Below are positions 1 through 14,384 of a stretch of DNA of 64,000 bases, piece after piece (within the stretch, counting starts at the first letter, position 1; every line of letters starts with the position of its first letter). The stretch spans positions 2,976,001 to 3,040,000 of the forward strand of contig NW_027139666.1 in the NCBI RefSeq assembly GCF_035084215.1, written 5' to 3'. The notes beneath the pieces are model-generated. The model ran no database searches. It was not told the DNA's origin and saw only the letters and a program-made list of their open reading frames with translations. The stretch comes from Heptranchias perlo (lineage: Eukaryota). The translations under genes and the position numbers were made by a program.

Positions 1-63
1 CCTGACAGGGTGTGGGACTTTATCCAATCACAGGCCAGGGGCGGATTCCCTTGGACCATTTAA

Positions 64-543
<480 letters not shown>

Positions 544-576
544 ACCCGACCCGGCTTCAGCACCAAGTGCAACAAA

Positions 577-618
577 GGCTCTTTTCAGAGCCACCAAATC
601 GGCGATGGAAAGAGCTGT
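577..618 (+). promoter_or_regulatory. Histone 3' stem-loop and histone downstream element (HDE) of H3
   Basis: GGCTCTTTTCAGAGCC at 577-592, AAAGAGCTGT at 609-618. Confidence 0.95.
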
Positions 619-1841
619 GATCTCCTGGGTTGAAATGGTGGTACAGTGCAGATAAAAAAAATAATTAAACGGGAAATTCATGAATGGAGGTAGCGGATGT
701 CAAGCTGCGCACGACTAGCATTTATAAACTGTCCATATCATAGCCCGTTATAACACGGGAGAGAGTTAGGAGTGGAGCTGATCTGTGAAGTTCTGGGCAG
801 GTACAGTAGCAGTGTTAAATATACACAAACAGACAAGGGTGACAATTCCAGACTAACCGACATCAGGTATTTGAAAACGACACAGTTTAATTTCCACACA
901 TCACACCCAGGATTGGAGGGAGGTGAATTCCACTCACTGCGCAGACTGAGTCCCATCATCACATCCAGTGACACATTTGGACAGTCAAATTACTGGCAAA
1001 TAGGTACGGAAAGGGCTGAATTCGATCCTACTTTTTCACATCAGGTATCTGCACCCCCAGTGTCAATCTAACTCGGACATATATACAGGGAGAGGATCGT
1101 GCAGCGTCCAAAGCACAAGAGATGCAAGTTCTCATTTCCGATATAGTGTCAGCTTGGCTCTGTTGGAAATACTTTGATCTCTAAAGAATCAGTCTCGGAT
1201 CAAATGCAGTTTGTCTATTATCCCTCTCCAGCTGTAGTGACAGAGGCTGTTTCACTGTAACTCGCAATAATAGATCCAAAGTGTTTTCTTTCAGCGCTCG
1301 AATCGGAAGCAGTGTGAAACTTAGTGTCACATTCACTGCGGTACTCGTCAGACTGACAGGGACAGAATAAATCTCTCACTCACATCTAGTAACAGACAAA
1401 TTTCATTCACTGATTCAGCAATCGCTGACACAATGATCAACACATCCGTCACCTTCTGGGTAATGGAAGTCAGACCGAGTAAGTGTTGTGGGAGAATGAG
1501 ACTGCAAATAACACTTAAAATAATGGCTCGAACACAATAGAGTGCGTCTTGTTGCCGATGATCAAATACACCCGTTATCTCTCTAGCCCACCCGCCCAGT
1601 TTAATGAACTGATTATTTGTCTCATTTTCCATACAATCTGTATATTTCAACCTATTGGAGGTTGGCGACATCTACTGTCCGGAAGCGAGTACTGCAACAG
1701 ATCGTTTGTATTTAACAAGACATCGTTCGTTTGGAACTAACGGGAGGCAGTTTGATCCAGATGTGAAACAGATTGTTTATTATTAAATTGATTTCTGACT
1801 CCCTTCATACAGTAACCAGCCCTTTCATAGATAAAGTGGGT

Positions 1842-1857
1842 GGCTCTGAAAAGAGCC
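1842..1857 (-). promoter_or_regulatory. Histone 3' stem-loop of the H2A pseudogene
   Basis: GGCTCTTTTCAGAGCC on minus strand, followed by GAAAGGGCTG. Confidence 0.93.
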
Positions 1858-1887
1858 TTTGTGTTATCAGATTAATTCTTGGTCGCT

Positions 1888-2295
<408 letters not shown>

Positions 2296-3148
2296 TCACA
2301 AACACTTTCACAAAGAATGAAGAATGACGGCTGTATTTGCCCTTCTCAAAGACTGAAAGATCATCTGATTGGTTGTTCTCTAATACACCTTATTTTCATA
2401 TTTCATTAACCAATCAGATACCTGAGAAACAGAAGAGGGCGGGATTTATCGGCTTCAACGGTTGGACCAGGAATTTTATGAATTTCAAAAAAACCGCAAA
2501 TTTCAGTCTTGTAAAGGACCGGATTTGGATCAATGTCGCCCCGAGCACAAGATTTTAAACCCGTTCTTTTTACCTTGTCTTATTCAGCGCTACACGTCAC
2601 CAATCGCTGGAGCTATTTTAAAACCTGCTTTAAATTATGGCTTATTCCATCATCGCTTTCAAACAGTATCGGACTGGACTAAATCCCCATTCACAGCATT
2701 CCGTGAAGGGACACATTTCAATTTAATCTTTCTAAAAGTGACACGTTATAGATTGGTCCCTTCTCACAGAGCCGGGTGTGCTTCTGTGAAAAGAGGGACC
2801 CGGACGGAGTTCTCATTCTGCCCCTACTCCGCTGTTTTACTGCAAGGGGTGTGGTTGCTGTTAATATGGGGATTTTCACATCAGTTGGTAAACATTTCGG
2901 AGACTGAATTCAAAGAGATAATAGCACTGCTAAGGTGGTCATTCAGGGTGTGTTCGTGGCCGGAATAATAACGCTTTTAGAACAAAGCGAATGGGAAGGA
3001 GCGGATCATAAACTCGCGTTCAGTTCATGTGTCAGAAATTTCAATGGCGTAGTTACAGTATCAGTATTGGATTGGAACAATATCGCGGTATTAAAAAGAT
3101 ACTAAGAAAATATATAAGAAATGCAGCACTTTCAGAGAGGTTGTGGGT

Positions 3149-3164
3149 GGCTCTTAAAAGAGCC
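3149..3164 (-). promoter_or_regulatory. Histone 3' stem-loop of H2B
   Basis: GGCTCTTTTAAGAGCC on minus strand. Confidence 0.93.
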
Positions 3165-3195
3165 GTTGTTTTTTTTTTCAGTACATTGTGGAGTT

Positions 3196-3570
3196 TTACT
3201 TGGAGCTGGTGTACTTGGTCACCGCCTTTGTCCCTTCCGACACAGCGTGCTTGGCCAGTTCCCCGGGCAGCAGCAGGCGCACGGCGGTCTGGATCTCCCG
3301 GGAGCTGATGGTCGCCCGCTTGTTGTAATGGGCCAGGCGGGAAGCCTCACCCGCGATGCGCTCGAAAATATCGTTCACAAAGGAGTTCATGATGCTCATG
3401 GCCTTGGAGGAGATGCCGGTGTCGGGGTGAACCTGCTTCATCACTTTGTAGACGTAGATGGAGTAACTCTCCTTCCTCGACTTTCTCCGCTTCTTGCCGC
3501 CCTTGGCTGGTGCTTTGCTCAAGGTTTTCTTGGCGCCCTTCTTGGGAGCTGCTTTCTTGTCCTCAGGCAT
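3196..3570 (-). CDS. H2B: Histone H2B, 124 aa
   Basis: [12 protein letters not shown]...[23 protein letters not shown]...KYTSSK; stem-loop downstream. Confidence 0.97.
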   Translation of the reverse strand: MPEDKKAAPKKGAKKTLSKAPAKGGKKRRKSRKESYSIYVYKVMKQVHPDTGISSKAMSIMNSFVNDIFERIAGEASRLAHYNKRATISSREIQTAVRLLLPGELAKHAVSEGTKAVTKYTSSK

Positions 3571-4029
3571 TTTCAAACTCAATTTCAGAAACAGAAATGA
3601 CCCAAATCCGCTCCAAGTTCGGCTTAAATAGGCAGCCCCACAGCCCTATGGTAATGAGGGATGGGGAAGGCAATGATCATGATTGGGTCACTGGGAATGA
3701 TGTAACAATAATTATTCACTGTAACTCTCTGATTGGATACCTGAAGAAACCAATCGGATTTCATACCTGCCACCAATCACACTGCACATTGTCCGGTTTC
3801 AGCAATTTGTTCCGAACTGTTGCAATTCTGCGTTCGGCCAGTAGATGTCCCCAAACCCCGGGACATTGAAGTTTGCAGATGAGAGAGGGACAGAATATGA
3901 ACTCATTCTTCACATTATATTGCACGAGTGAGATTTGGAAAAACTTGGAATGGAGATGAGATGCAAGCACATTTTTTTTAGACCATACGTTAGTTGTAAT
4001 GCTGTGTTAAATTATTGTAATTGATTTCG

Positions 4030-4205
4030 GGACTATAGTCAATACTGAGGAAGACTGCGACAAAATCAGCTTGCAGAACGGTCGTGTCAATGTGCATTGA
4101 ATTTAAATATAGAAAGTTGTGATCTGATTAATTTTGTTAGGGGGAATAAGGAGGCCACATACTGCTTGGGAAATACGAGACTAAATGGGGTAGAGGAGCA
4201 ATGTA
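4030..4205 (+). mobile_element. Old CR1 LINE fragment (paralogs near 31720-31870, 42575-42880, 47715-47885, 62670-62975)
   Basis: Degenerate match to the CR1 ORF2 segment FN..KCEV.HFG...Y.L....L..VEEQ. Confidence 0.65.
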
Positions 4206-4479
4206 AATCGTGTCCTGAGAAATCAGAGAGAAATACTGTGCAACGTAAGTGCAAAAATAAGGGGGTAAATTCACAACTATCGAATGAGTAAAACAAAAAC
4301 TTTATTATGAATTAATTGTCTTCATTTTCCAATAAGAAAACGTGCAAAAATATGAGAGTAGAAATTGCAGACTGAAACTTTTTTTCACATTGCACATTGT
4401 CCTGTCACTGTCACCACGACAGATAATGTGAATTTGTTCCGCTCTTTTACAGTTCTCGCCTACGTCCAGTAGAGGCCAG

Positions 4480-7465
4480 TCTCTAGTACTCTGTATGAGA
4501 GCGGGATTTAATCTGTATCTGTCAATCTCTGATACTCTGTGAGTGTGGGATTCATTCTGCATCTGTCATTCTCTGGTACTGTGTGTGAGTGTGAGATTCA
4601 TTTTGTATCTGTCAGTCTCTGTGAGTGTGAGATTCTTTTTGTATCTGTCAGTCTCTGGTCCTGAGTGTGGGTGTGGGATTCATTCTGTATCTCTCAGTCT
4701 CTGTCACTACATATGAGCTTGGGATCATTCTGTATCTGCCAGTCTCTGGCACTGTATTTGAGAGTGGGATTAATTCTGTATCTGCCAGTCTCAGGTACTG
4801 TGTGTAAGTGTGGAATTAACTCTGTAACTGTCAGTCTCTGGTCCTGTCTGTGAGTGTGGGATTCATTCTGTATCTGCCATTATATGCTAATTTATCTCAG
4901 TGTGGCATTCATTCTGTAATTCAATCCCTGAGTCAAAGTGCAAATCTGGATTCATTCTGTATTCTTATTTCAGTTCCCACTATTTTACTTCAAACTGCAG
5001 CCTTAATAATTTAAAGTATAAGCAGTTTTTCGTCAAGTATTTAATTTGTAACCATGGATATATTTTTCGATTTTCTTCAATCAAACAACGTGTGTGAGTT
5101 TTGGACTTTTGTTACATCTTAATCTCTGAACGATATTGTGAATGATAATGTACCTTTTAATATGTTCATTGTGAAATTATTGGACTGGTGTGTAATATGT
5201 AGCTCAGATCTGCAATAATGTCTGTGTGTGAGTGTGGGATTCATTGTGTTCCTGTCAGTTTCTGGTACTGTGTATGAGTGTGGGATTTATTCTGTATCTG
5301 TCAGTTTCTGGTACTGTGTGTGAGTGTTGGATTCATTCTGCATCTGTCAGTCTCTGGTACTGTGTATGAGTGTGGAATTCATTCTGCATCTGTCAGTCTC
5401 TGGTACTGTGTGTGAGTGTGGGATTAATTCTGTATCTGTCAGTCTCTGTTACTGTACGTGGGTGTGGGATTCATTCTGTATCTGTATGTGGGTGTGGGAT
5501 TCATTCTGTATCTATCAGTCTCTGGTACTGTGTGTGAGTGTGGGAATCACCCTGTATCTGTCAGTCTCTGGTACTGTGTGTGAGTGTGGGAATCACCCTG
5601 TATCTGTCAGTCTCTGGTACTGTGTGTGAGTGTGGGAATCATCCTGTATCTGTCAGTCTCTGGTACTGTGTATGAGTGTGGGAATCATCCTGTATCTGTC
5701 AGTCTCTGGTAATGTGTATGAGTGTGGGATTCATTCTGTATCTGTCAGTCTCTGGTAATGTACGTGGGATTGGGATTCATTCTGTATCTATCAGTCTCTG
5801 TTACTGTACGTGGGTGTGGGATTCATTCTGTATCTGTATGTGGGTGTGGGATTCATTCTGTATCTATCAGTCTCTGGTATTGTGTGCGAATGAGGGTTTC
5901 ATTCTGTTCCCGTCAGTCTCAGCTGCTATATGTGAGGGAGTCATTCATTCTGCATCCATCAATTTCTGGTACTGTATGTGAGTGATATAAATTTTGTCTC
6001 TTTCAGTCTGTGCTACAGTGTGTGAGTGCAGGAATCATTCGGTATCTGTCATTCACTGTTAGGTTGTGTGAGTGCTGATTTCACTCTGTGTGTCAGTCTC
6101 TGGCCCTCCATCTGAGTGTGAGATTCATTCTTTATCTATATGTAATTTGTATCTTCGTTTACAGTATGTTGTTCAAAACTCTATTTGTAATACCTCAATG
6201 TATCAATATTTTTCCCAGTGTTTCAATGGTTGATAATGATACATTTTAAAATGTAATGTTGTTGGTTATAATCAGAGAATGTGGACCTTTTTGGACTTCT
6301 ATTAAATCTGTATTGTGAATTAGTTTATCTTCCAAAATGATATGGTGACTTTTTTGACCTTGTATATAATGTGTAGGTCAGTCTGCATGAAAGGAATACT
6401 GTGTATTTCAGTCTGAATTGGTATCAGTTTTTTGTAGTGGTTTATAATGTGTAGATCAGTCTGCACTAATGGAATTGATACTGTATCTTTCAATCTGACA
6501 CTATGAGATTTTTGGACTGATATGTAATGTGTAACTCAGACTGCATAAATGTGTGTGACTGTGAGATTCATTCCGTATCTGTCAGTCCCCAGTACTGTGT
6601 GTGAGTGTGGGATTCATTCTGTATCTGTCAGTCCCTAGTACTGTCTGTGAGTATGAGATTCATTCTGTATCTGTCAGGCTCTGGTATTGTGGGAGTGTGT
6701 GATTCATTCTATATTTGTTAGTCCCTTGTACTGTGTGTGAATGTAGGATTCATTCGGTATTTGTCAGTCACTGTTATATTGTGTGAGTGCTGGTTTCATT
6801 CTGTGTGTCAGTCTCTGGCCCTCTATCTGAATATGTGATTCATTCTTTATCTGTATGTAATTAGTCTCTCCGTTTTCAGTATGGTGTTCAAAACTGTATC
6901 TTTAATACCTCAATTTGTGCATATTTTCCCCAGTGTTTAATTGGTTGATAATGAAATGCTGTAGAATATAATCAGAGAATGTGGGCACTTTTCGGACTAC
7001 TATTAAATCTGTATCGATGTGAACACAATTGTGCATTAGTTTATCTTCCAAACTGATATGTTGACATTTTTGAACTTATATATGACGTGCAGCTCAGTCT
7101 GCATCAATGGAATACTGTATATTTCAGAGTGAATTTGCATCAGTTTTTTGTAGTGGTTTATAACGTGCAGATCAGTCTGCAATAATGTAATTGATACTGT
7201 ATCTTTCAATCTGATACTTCTTTAACTGGTAAGTAATGTTACTCAGCCTGCACTAATGTGTGATTCATTTTGTATCTCTCAGTCTCTGGAACAGTGTGTC
7301 AGTGTGGGATTCATTCTGTATCTGTCATCTCTGGTACCATATGTGAGTGTAGGATTCACTCTGTGTCTGTCAGTCTCTAGTATTGTATGTGAGTTTGGGA
7401 TTCCTTCTGCATCTGTCAGTCTCTGGTACTGTACCTGAGTGTGAGATTCATTCTGTATCTGTATG
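4480..7465 (+). repeat. Satellite array, 46-bp unit GTGAGTGTGGGATTCATTCTGTATCTGTCAGTCTCTGGTACTGTGT, with AT-rich interruptions
   Basis: 46-bp period measured at 5542/5588/5634. Confidence 0.92.
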
Positions 7466-8161
7466 TAATTATTCTCTAAGATTGCATTATGGCGTTCAAA
7501 ATTGTACCTTTAATATCTTCATGTTTAGATCTTATTTCTCATTAACTGGTATATATGGGTCCTCTGTAGGATTTGACGCTGTAGGTTTTAATCACATAAT
7601 TTGTCTGCTTTTTGAGCTACTATTAAATCTGTATCTCTGTGAGTACTGTTGTGAATGATAATGTATCTTTCAAATTGATTTCGTGACACTTTTCAAATGG
7701 TGTATAATGTGTAGCTCAGTCTGTACTAATAGAATTGATACTGTATCTATAAATCTCATACTATGAGTGTATTATAAACTGATATCTAATTTGTTTCTCA
7801 GGTTACACTCTCACAGCATTTCTCAATCTGATACTGTACATGAGTTTTGGACACGTATGCAATTTGTATCACATGATACATGCAATATCCATTCGAACAG
7901 TGTATTAAACTCACGTGAGTGTGTGAGTTCTGGGCAATTATTCAATTGGAATCTCAGGGTAAATTATTGGGTTTCATTCTGTCCCTTTCAATCGAGTACC
8001 ATGTGTGATTTCGATCTGGTATTTAATTCGTAGCTTATGTTGCCCTATTGTGAGATTGACACAGTGCCTTTCAATCTGATAGTGTGATATTGGACTGGGA
8101 TTTCTGTATCTACCTGTCAGCGGGACTCAGCTCGGGGGAAATGGAACAGCGTCTGCCTCAC

Positions 8162-9330
8162 CTGCTTTGTTTGAATGTTGGATTGAAAATGGAACTTGGG
8201 ATCAGTGTGGGATTGACTGCTTCTACTGTCTGAGACTGTGGAACTGATGACCTGTCTGTGCCTCTGTGTCTCTGTGCGCTGTGTGTGATAATGTACTTAC
8301 TGTGTGGGAGAAGGAGTTGGCTGCACTGTTCCTTGTGCCTCGAGTGGAGGAAACATAACACTGATTCTGGGTCCATCAAGGATTTGCCTGCAGGAAGAAA
8401 TTTATCTCTTGTAACTCAAGAACCAGTGAGGTAGAAAATATAAAAGTGTTCGAATTAATATCTTTGTTAATGATTATTTTGATTATCCACAAAACCAGCA
8501 ATACAAACAGTGTCAGTATCTGACTCCACTGCAGTACTGCAGCACTCAGCTTCTGCACACCACGTGTGGTGGGCTGTTTTACAACAATTTAGTGAGATCC
8601 AGACACAACACAACTGATCGATAAATGGGACTACGCGATGGGGCAGGGTCCTTTGTGCAGGTCAGGTTTCTAATCCCCTCTCCCATGGGACTAACCGTTC
8701 AACCGAAACAAAACGACCGCGGTTTAAAATGTGTCCTTCACACTTCTCACCTGGTGCCTTCAATAGATGCTCTTTGTTTAACTCCCCACATCCTTACTGT
8801 CCTGCTCTGTTCCACTCTTCACTTTACAATAACAATTAACAGGGTGAGACTGGACCTAAACCAGGAACATTACCTACTGGTCTGGGGAGAGAAAGCAGCA
8901 ATGATTTTAAAGAGCAGGTTCTTCCCATTCTGTCTCCCTTCCCCTGGACACACCCTGTACACACATAGCCCGAGAATGACCTCTCCCTTCCCCCTCTCAC
9001 TCCATGTTCCGGGACCAGTTCCTGATCCACTCCGCCTCTTACAAACAGCCCACGGACTCCCCCTGCCCTTCACCCGGACTCAATGCCGATCTCTGAGCCC
9101 ATCTGCGGACACGGTCCCGAAGCGATGAGCTGCTGTAACGAGGCTGCTCTTTGCTCCCTTCCCCCGGGGGCCGTGATCTCTCCATTCCCGGCTGTTTTAA
9201 ACAATCTTCTTCCGCTCACTGAGGGAATGGCGCCCACAGGCCGAGCTGGGGGAGGGGAGCGCGCATGCGCTCTTCTGCTCACCAACAACCAGCGCTGGGG
9301 GCGGGGTTGAGTCACGCATGCGCGGATATC
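8162..9330 (-). other. Copy 1 of the multi-copy three-exon spliced unit with NRF1/GC-box promoter (more degenerate)
   Basis: (G/A)CGCATGCGC x2 and GGGGCGGGG at 9260-9325; candidate exons ~8751-8821 and 8162-8387 with AG/GT ends. Confidence 0.55.
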
Positions 9331-11849
9331 TGGTTGAATTCCCAATACAAAAATCGATGGAAACTTTCCCCAATTGGAATTTTTCAGAGTCTGAGCAAAG
9401 GAAGTGGGGCTGGGGGAAAGGTCAGAGGGAATGGGGTCCACAGGCAGTGCAGGAACAGGCACCAGAATGGAAAACAGATGGGATTCCACCAGTGACTAAC
9501 GCCGAAATCCAGACTGACTTTACAATCTCTCACTATGAAACTAGATGTTTCCATCCCTGCTGTTTCTCTCGGTATCTTTTGATGGTCCATAATCTTTCAT
9601 AGATAAAGTGGGACGTTTTGAAATGAACCAATGGATTCTGTTCATTCTTGGCCCCTTCTCCCATTACGTAAGGTGTGACTCCGAAACTGGATGCAGGATT
9701 TCTCAAACCAATCCTGGAGAAAAATGGGAGGAAAGTTGGAGTCCGTGTACTTGCTGGGAGCGTGTTGGATTAATATCTGACAGCAACAGTCCCATATTAA
9801 TAGAATCAGAGTGAAACTCTCGGTCACTGAGAGTAAGAGCGAACGGCCTTGATCTGCAAAACCGAATGTAGTACAACAGGCAAGAGAGGGTTAAATTCGG
9901 CCCACATTGTTTTTGTCACTCTCTGCACTGTCCCTGAGTGTGGGATTAATAGTGTGTCCGTCTCTGGTATATCAGTGAGAGACAAGACTGCATCTTCTGT
10001 CTCTACAACGGGAGTTTCTGGATAAAACGCAACTTTACAAGTCAGTCTGGAACTGATACTGTTGCACGGTGCCTCTCCGCTCGCTCTGTCACAGTATCTG
10101 TCTGCCTTTCTCTCTCACTCACCGGTGCTGTATATGAAGGTTGGATACTGCTATTAACCGTGATATGAACATACTGATAGGAAGTGTAAGACTGACAGTG
10201 TGTGTCTCGCTTTCTCTCTCGAGTGCTGATTTTGAATGTGGAATACTGTCTGAGATAAAACAGAGAGAATGGGGTGTCCGGGCCTCACCGTAACTGGGGA
10301 TGTGTTCGGCTCCAGTCCCAGTTCATGGTCATAACCTTTTCACCGATTCAGGGTGAGAATCTCTGTGAGACGGTAAAACTGGCGGAGAAAATCCGCTTCA
10401 CAATTCAAACCCCAACACATGAGATTCTACAAATCAGCTGGAATAAGATTTATGTAAACTGCTGAATGAGAGTGGATTTTCCGCTTTGGCGGTGGAGTAA
10501 GTCGGCGATAACGGATCGGGCCCCCATTGTTCACTACGCCTGATTTTACTATCCATTGACACCAATGAGTTCACTGAAGTAACTGATATCAATCCAATAC
10601 TTCAAATAAATTTGGAAATAACAGACAGGAATTATATTTTATCCAACAAATGCTTTTTGAGAAATAATGCAAGATGTGATTCTAACATGAAATGGTTTGC
10701 TGTTATTAGTCGGGAAATAATATGATTTCAATATTAAATGTTTAATCCTGTAATGAATAAAATCAAATGCTCCATTTCGGTTGATGATTATTTCCCATCA
10801 CACACACTGCCTGGTGGGATGGACTGAGGGTGAGCTGTCAGGGTCAGACAGCGTCCTGTTCATTGGGACATTTGTTTTGACCAGAACAGAATAATAATGG
10901 ACCAACACCCGGACCGTTACTAACTGGTAAAATATTAATGTAATTTCAAACTCCAGTGGGGAGTTCCGGAGATCGTTTCCTCTCTGAGCTGCTGTGCAGC
11001 AATGTTTACTCACTGCAGGGAGTTTAATGGGACTTGAGGCTGGGCCTGGTTACAGAGATCGATAAGGAAACCTCCTGATACATTTCTGAGACGATCAGGG
11101 GGCGGGAGATTTCACACGGCCGCAGCAGGCCAAGGGAAAGCTCTCCTGCTCCTCCTTGCCCCACAAAATATATGTTAAAAAGAAACTTCTCAGTGTTCTG
11201 GACCACTCAATGCCCATCGAAAGGGCGGCTCCTCCACCCATTTTTAGCCAGCATTAAATGGTTTCCCGTGTACGTCATAATACTCTGATTTACATATTAC
11301 ACGTGGCCTGACCGGAAACAGGTGGGTGTTGCTCCGGCCGCTCTTCTCAGGACATGACCCACGATGGTGGAGGCAGGAACGCCAGTGTTAAAGGGGCGGT
11401 AATGACCTGACACCATTTACAAGCCTCGACCACCCTATTTCCGCCAGGCGAGGATACTTAAAATCGGCCACACCTTTCCTGACCTACGCCCTAGAATGAA
11501 TCTTCGAAGCCCACAAGCTGGTCCATTTTCTCAAATTGCATCGGTTCATAACACGTGGAGGGAAATTTTCAGCATCGCTGGGGACTGAACTGGTAGAGCC
11601 GATCACCCGCCCCTTACAGAACCGACCCGATTTTAATTCTTGCTCCGTCAGTTTACCTCCCAAGATGTGAAGGTGAAATTACCCCCTACGTCTCTGACCC
11701 CAAGGTTCGACAGGTGTGTGAAAGACATCAGACAGTGTTTGCCAAACACTAACATGAATGTGGGCGAATGGATCCGTGTATTCGGGTAGAAGCTGATAAC
11801 CCCCTCCACGGAGACTGGACCCCTATACCGTGGTGTCGAAGAGGAGTTC

Positions 11850-12305
11850 ATCCCCAACAGCTCGGTAACACAGGTCGCTGTCCTCTATGGGCAGTTGTCC
11901 AAGATGCACAACGAGACAGATATCAACAGCTGCTGGAAGACCATCAATTCGGTCAAGGAGGCCCTTTGTTCCCCCGAAACTTGCTGGTCTTCCTGCCGAG
12001 GGAACTGTCCGCGGCCAAGTGTTGGCCACTGGCACAATCCAAGGTCCAGTATTTCATGCTGAGGTGCACACTGAAGCGAGGTGCGGCCTACACAAAGGCT
12101 TTATTGGGAAAGGCAAACGTGTAAGGCTATCCCACCTTGTATTGTACAGCATGTGTTAGAAGATATTTACTGTGTTTTGACTTGTAATAATGGAATCGTA
12201 TGATGTGTATTGTATTTGTTTTGAATTGTAATTGTAATATTTACATTGAACTGTGTGTATTCATGAATTTTATGAAATAAAGTATATTTTGAAATATTAA
12301 ATAAA
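11850..12305 (+). mobile_element. 3' end of a Tx1/L1-type non-LTR retrotransposon, frameshifted
   Basis: Translated pieces INSCWKTINSVKEAL / RNLLVF..ELS..KC..LAQSKVQ..L resemble the ORF2 C-terminus of fish Tx1-like elements; GT-rich 3' UTR with AATAAA. Confidence 0.65.
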
Positions 12306-12869
12306 GTTCCAGTCTCACTATTTCTCTTCTTATTGGACACTGAAGAGTGGAAACCGACCCGAATCGTAAAGATGTTGGAAGTTATACAAATATCATTTAT
12401 TGCAGGCATCAGGTGAGAAATAGGGAGTGTTTTCTTAAGGGTGAGAAACTGGGGACTGTGGAGGAGCAGAGGGGTTTGGGTGTCCAGGTACACCAATCAA
12501 TAAAATTAAGTGCACAAGTGTAAAAAATGAATGAAATATCCCAATTTCTAGGCTGTCATATCCCAAGGTAGCGCTATCAGGTACTTAGCCAACTCTGTGG
12601 AATTTGCTGATACAATCAGGCCCCATTGCCTCCCTTGCTGGTCCATTCCATACATCCAGCGCACTCTGCATTAAAAAATATAGATTCAAGCATTCTGCTC
12701 ATCCTGTGCCCCAGGTAGAGAAGACTGAGAGAGGCAGGAGGACCCAGACCATTAGCCTTATGTGACTTTGGACATTTCTGTTTTTAATTCAGATTATTGA
12801 ATTTGCAATTTATCCACTTTTTTGTACATTTCTATTTTTATTTTTTGAACAAATTCTCCAAACCCTGTG

Positions 12870-13270
12870 CGCAGTGAGTGCTGACTCCGGGCCCTTTGAT
12901 TGACAGCCCTCACCTCCGCCCGCCTTCGTCCTGGGCCGACTCCTCCTATCACGTGACACGCGGCACCGTCTCTCACCTTTGCGCGCTGACATCGCGATGA
13001 GCACATGCATCTCCGGCCCGAGGGGCGCCGCGCATGCGCCGCACGGTCCCTATGCCGCGTTCCTTCAGCAAAAGGCGCGTCCCGGGAGGATGATGATGGC
13101 GGCCTCGGGTCGGCGGTCGGATGGCCGCTGCTGTGGGCGGGCTCGAGACCGACAGAGGGAGGGTCGGCATTTGGAAGTGGCCTGGGCCCCGGGGTCTTGG
13201 AATGGCGCCGTGAGGCCGGCCCGGGCAACAGCTCCTCCGACTTCAGGCCCGATCGGCGTTAATGGGGTCG
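12870..13270. promoter_or_regulatory. CpG-island-like promoter with no downstream gene body identified
   Basis: CpG-rich; TCACGTGA E-box at 12950, CGCGCATGCGC NRF1 at ~13029, GATGGCGGC YY1-like at ~13095; minus-strand donor AAG|GTGAGA at ~12978. Confidence 0.6.
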
Positions 13271-13271
13271 C

Positions 13272-13800
13272 AACCCCCGGGACGGAGGGACCGAGACCCC
13301 GGGACGGTGGGACCGAGACACCGTGATGGAGGGACCGAGACCCCGGGATGGAGGGACCGAGACCCTGGAACGGTGGGACTGAGACCCCGGAACGATGGGA
13401 CTGAGACCCCGGGACGGAGGGACCGCGACCCCGGGATGGTGGGACCGAGACCCCGGGATGGAGGGACCGAGACCCTGGAACGGTGGGACTGAGACCCGGG
13501 GATGGAGGGACCGCGACCCCGGGATGGTGGGACCGCGATCCTGGGACAGCGGGGCGTCGACCCCGGGATGGAGGAACTGCGATCCCAGAGATGGAGGGAC
13601 TGTTACCCCGCGGACGGAGGGAACGCGACCCCGGGAGGGAGGGGCCGTGAACGCGGGATGGAGGGACCGCGACCCCAGGGACGGAGGTACCGCGACCCCA
13701 GGGACGGAGGGACCGCTACCACAGGGACGGAGGGACCGCGACCCCGGGATGGTGTGACCACGAACCCGCGATGGAGGTATCGTGACCCCTGGAGGGAGGT
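13272..13800 (+). repeat. GC-rich 22-bp VNTR (GGAGGGACCGAGACCCCGGGAC)
   Basis: Direct tandem copies, degenerating towards the 3' end. Confidence 0.92.
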
Positions 13801-13892
13801 GGTCTTTCAGACCGTCCATGCTCTGTTGTGAGGCCTCTGTGTGTGTCTTGCTCTGTTTGTGTTCTATTACATTGGTTCGCGGTGTGGCAATG

Positions 13893-14035
13893 CCTCGATT
13901 TAAAAATTCTCATCCTCGTGTTCAAATCCCTCTATGGCCCTCACCCCCTCCCTATCTCTGCACCCTCTTCCAGCCCTACAATCCTCCTGTTCAAATCCCT
14001 CCATGGCCCTCACCCTCTCCCTATCTCTGAAATCC
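13893..14035 (+). mobile_element. L2 LINE fragment with small internal duplication
   Basis: Translates to KILILVFKSLYG..P..L, typical of the L2 ORF2 C-terminus. Confidence 0.55.
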
Positions 14036-14082
14036 ACTGCAACCGATTTAATCTCCACCGACAACCGCATGTCTCGCCACCC

Positions 14083-14372
14083 TCAGTGCTCGGACTCTCA
14101 GTCCTGTATAACACACAGTCAGTGCTGGGACACTCAGTCCTGTTATAGACACAGTCAGTGCTGGGACATTCAGTCCTGTTGTAGACACATTCAGTGCTGG
14201 GACATTCAGTCCTGTTATACACACAGTCAGTGCTGGGACACTCTGTCCTGTTATGGACACAGTCAGTGCTGGGACATTCAGTCCTGTTGTAGACACAATC
14301 AGTGCTGGGACATTCAGTCCTGTTATACACACACTCAGTGCTGGGACACTCAGTCCTGTTATACACAGTCAG
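14083..14372 (+). repeat. 36-bp tandem repeat (CAGTCAGTGCTGGGACACTCAGTCCTGTTATAGACA), ~8 copies
   Basis: Direct tandem copies; 12-aa periodicity in the ORF track. Confidence 0.92.
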
Positions 14373-14384
14373 ATAAATAAATAA

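Noticed and set aside
1145-1210. Possible tRNA or SINE head (also 34700-34760)
   Set aside because: Too degenerate; no cloverleaf and no clear B box
5324-5985. Hydrophobic ORFs (SVGFILYLSVSGTVCECGIHSVS) here and at 52314-52895 and 36537-36812
   Set aside because: Translations of the 46-bp satellite; the frame shifts with each unit
10467-11640. Possible non-autonomous DNA transposon (GGATTTT...AAAATCGG ends)
   Set aside because: No convincing terminal inverted repeat pair or TSD could be defined by eye
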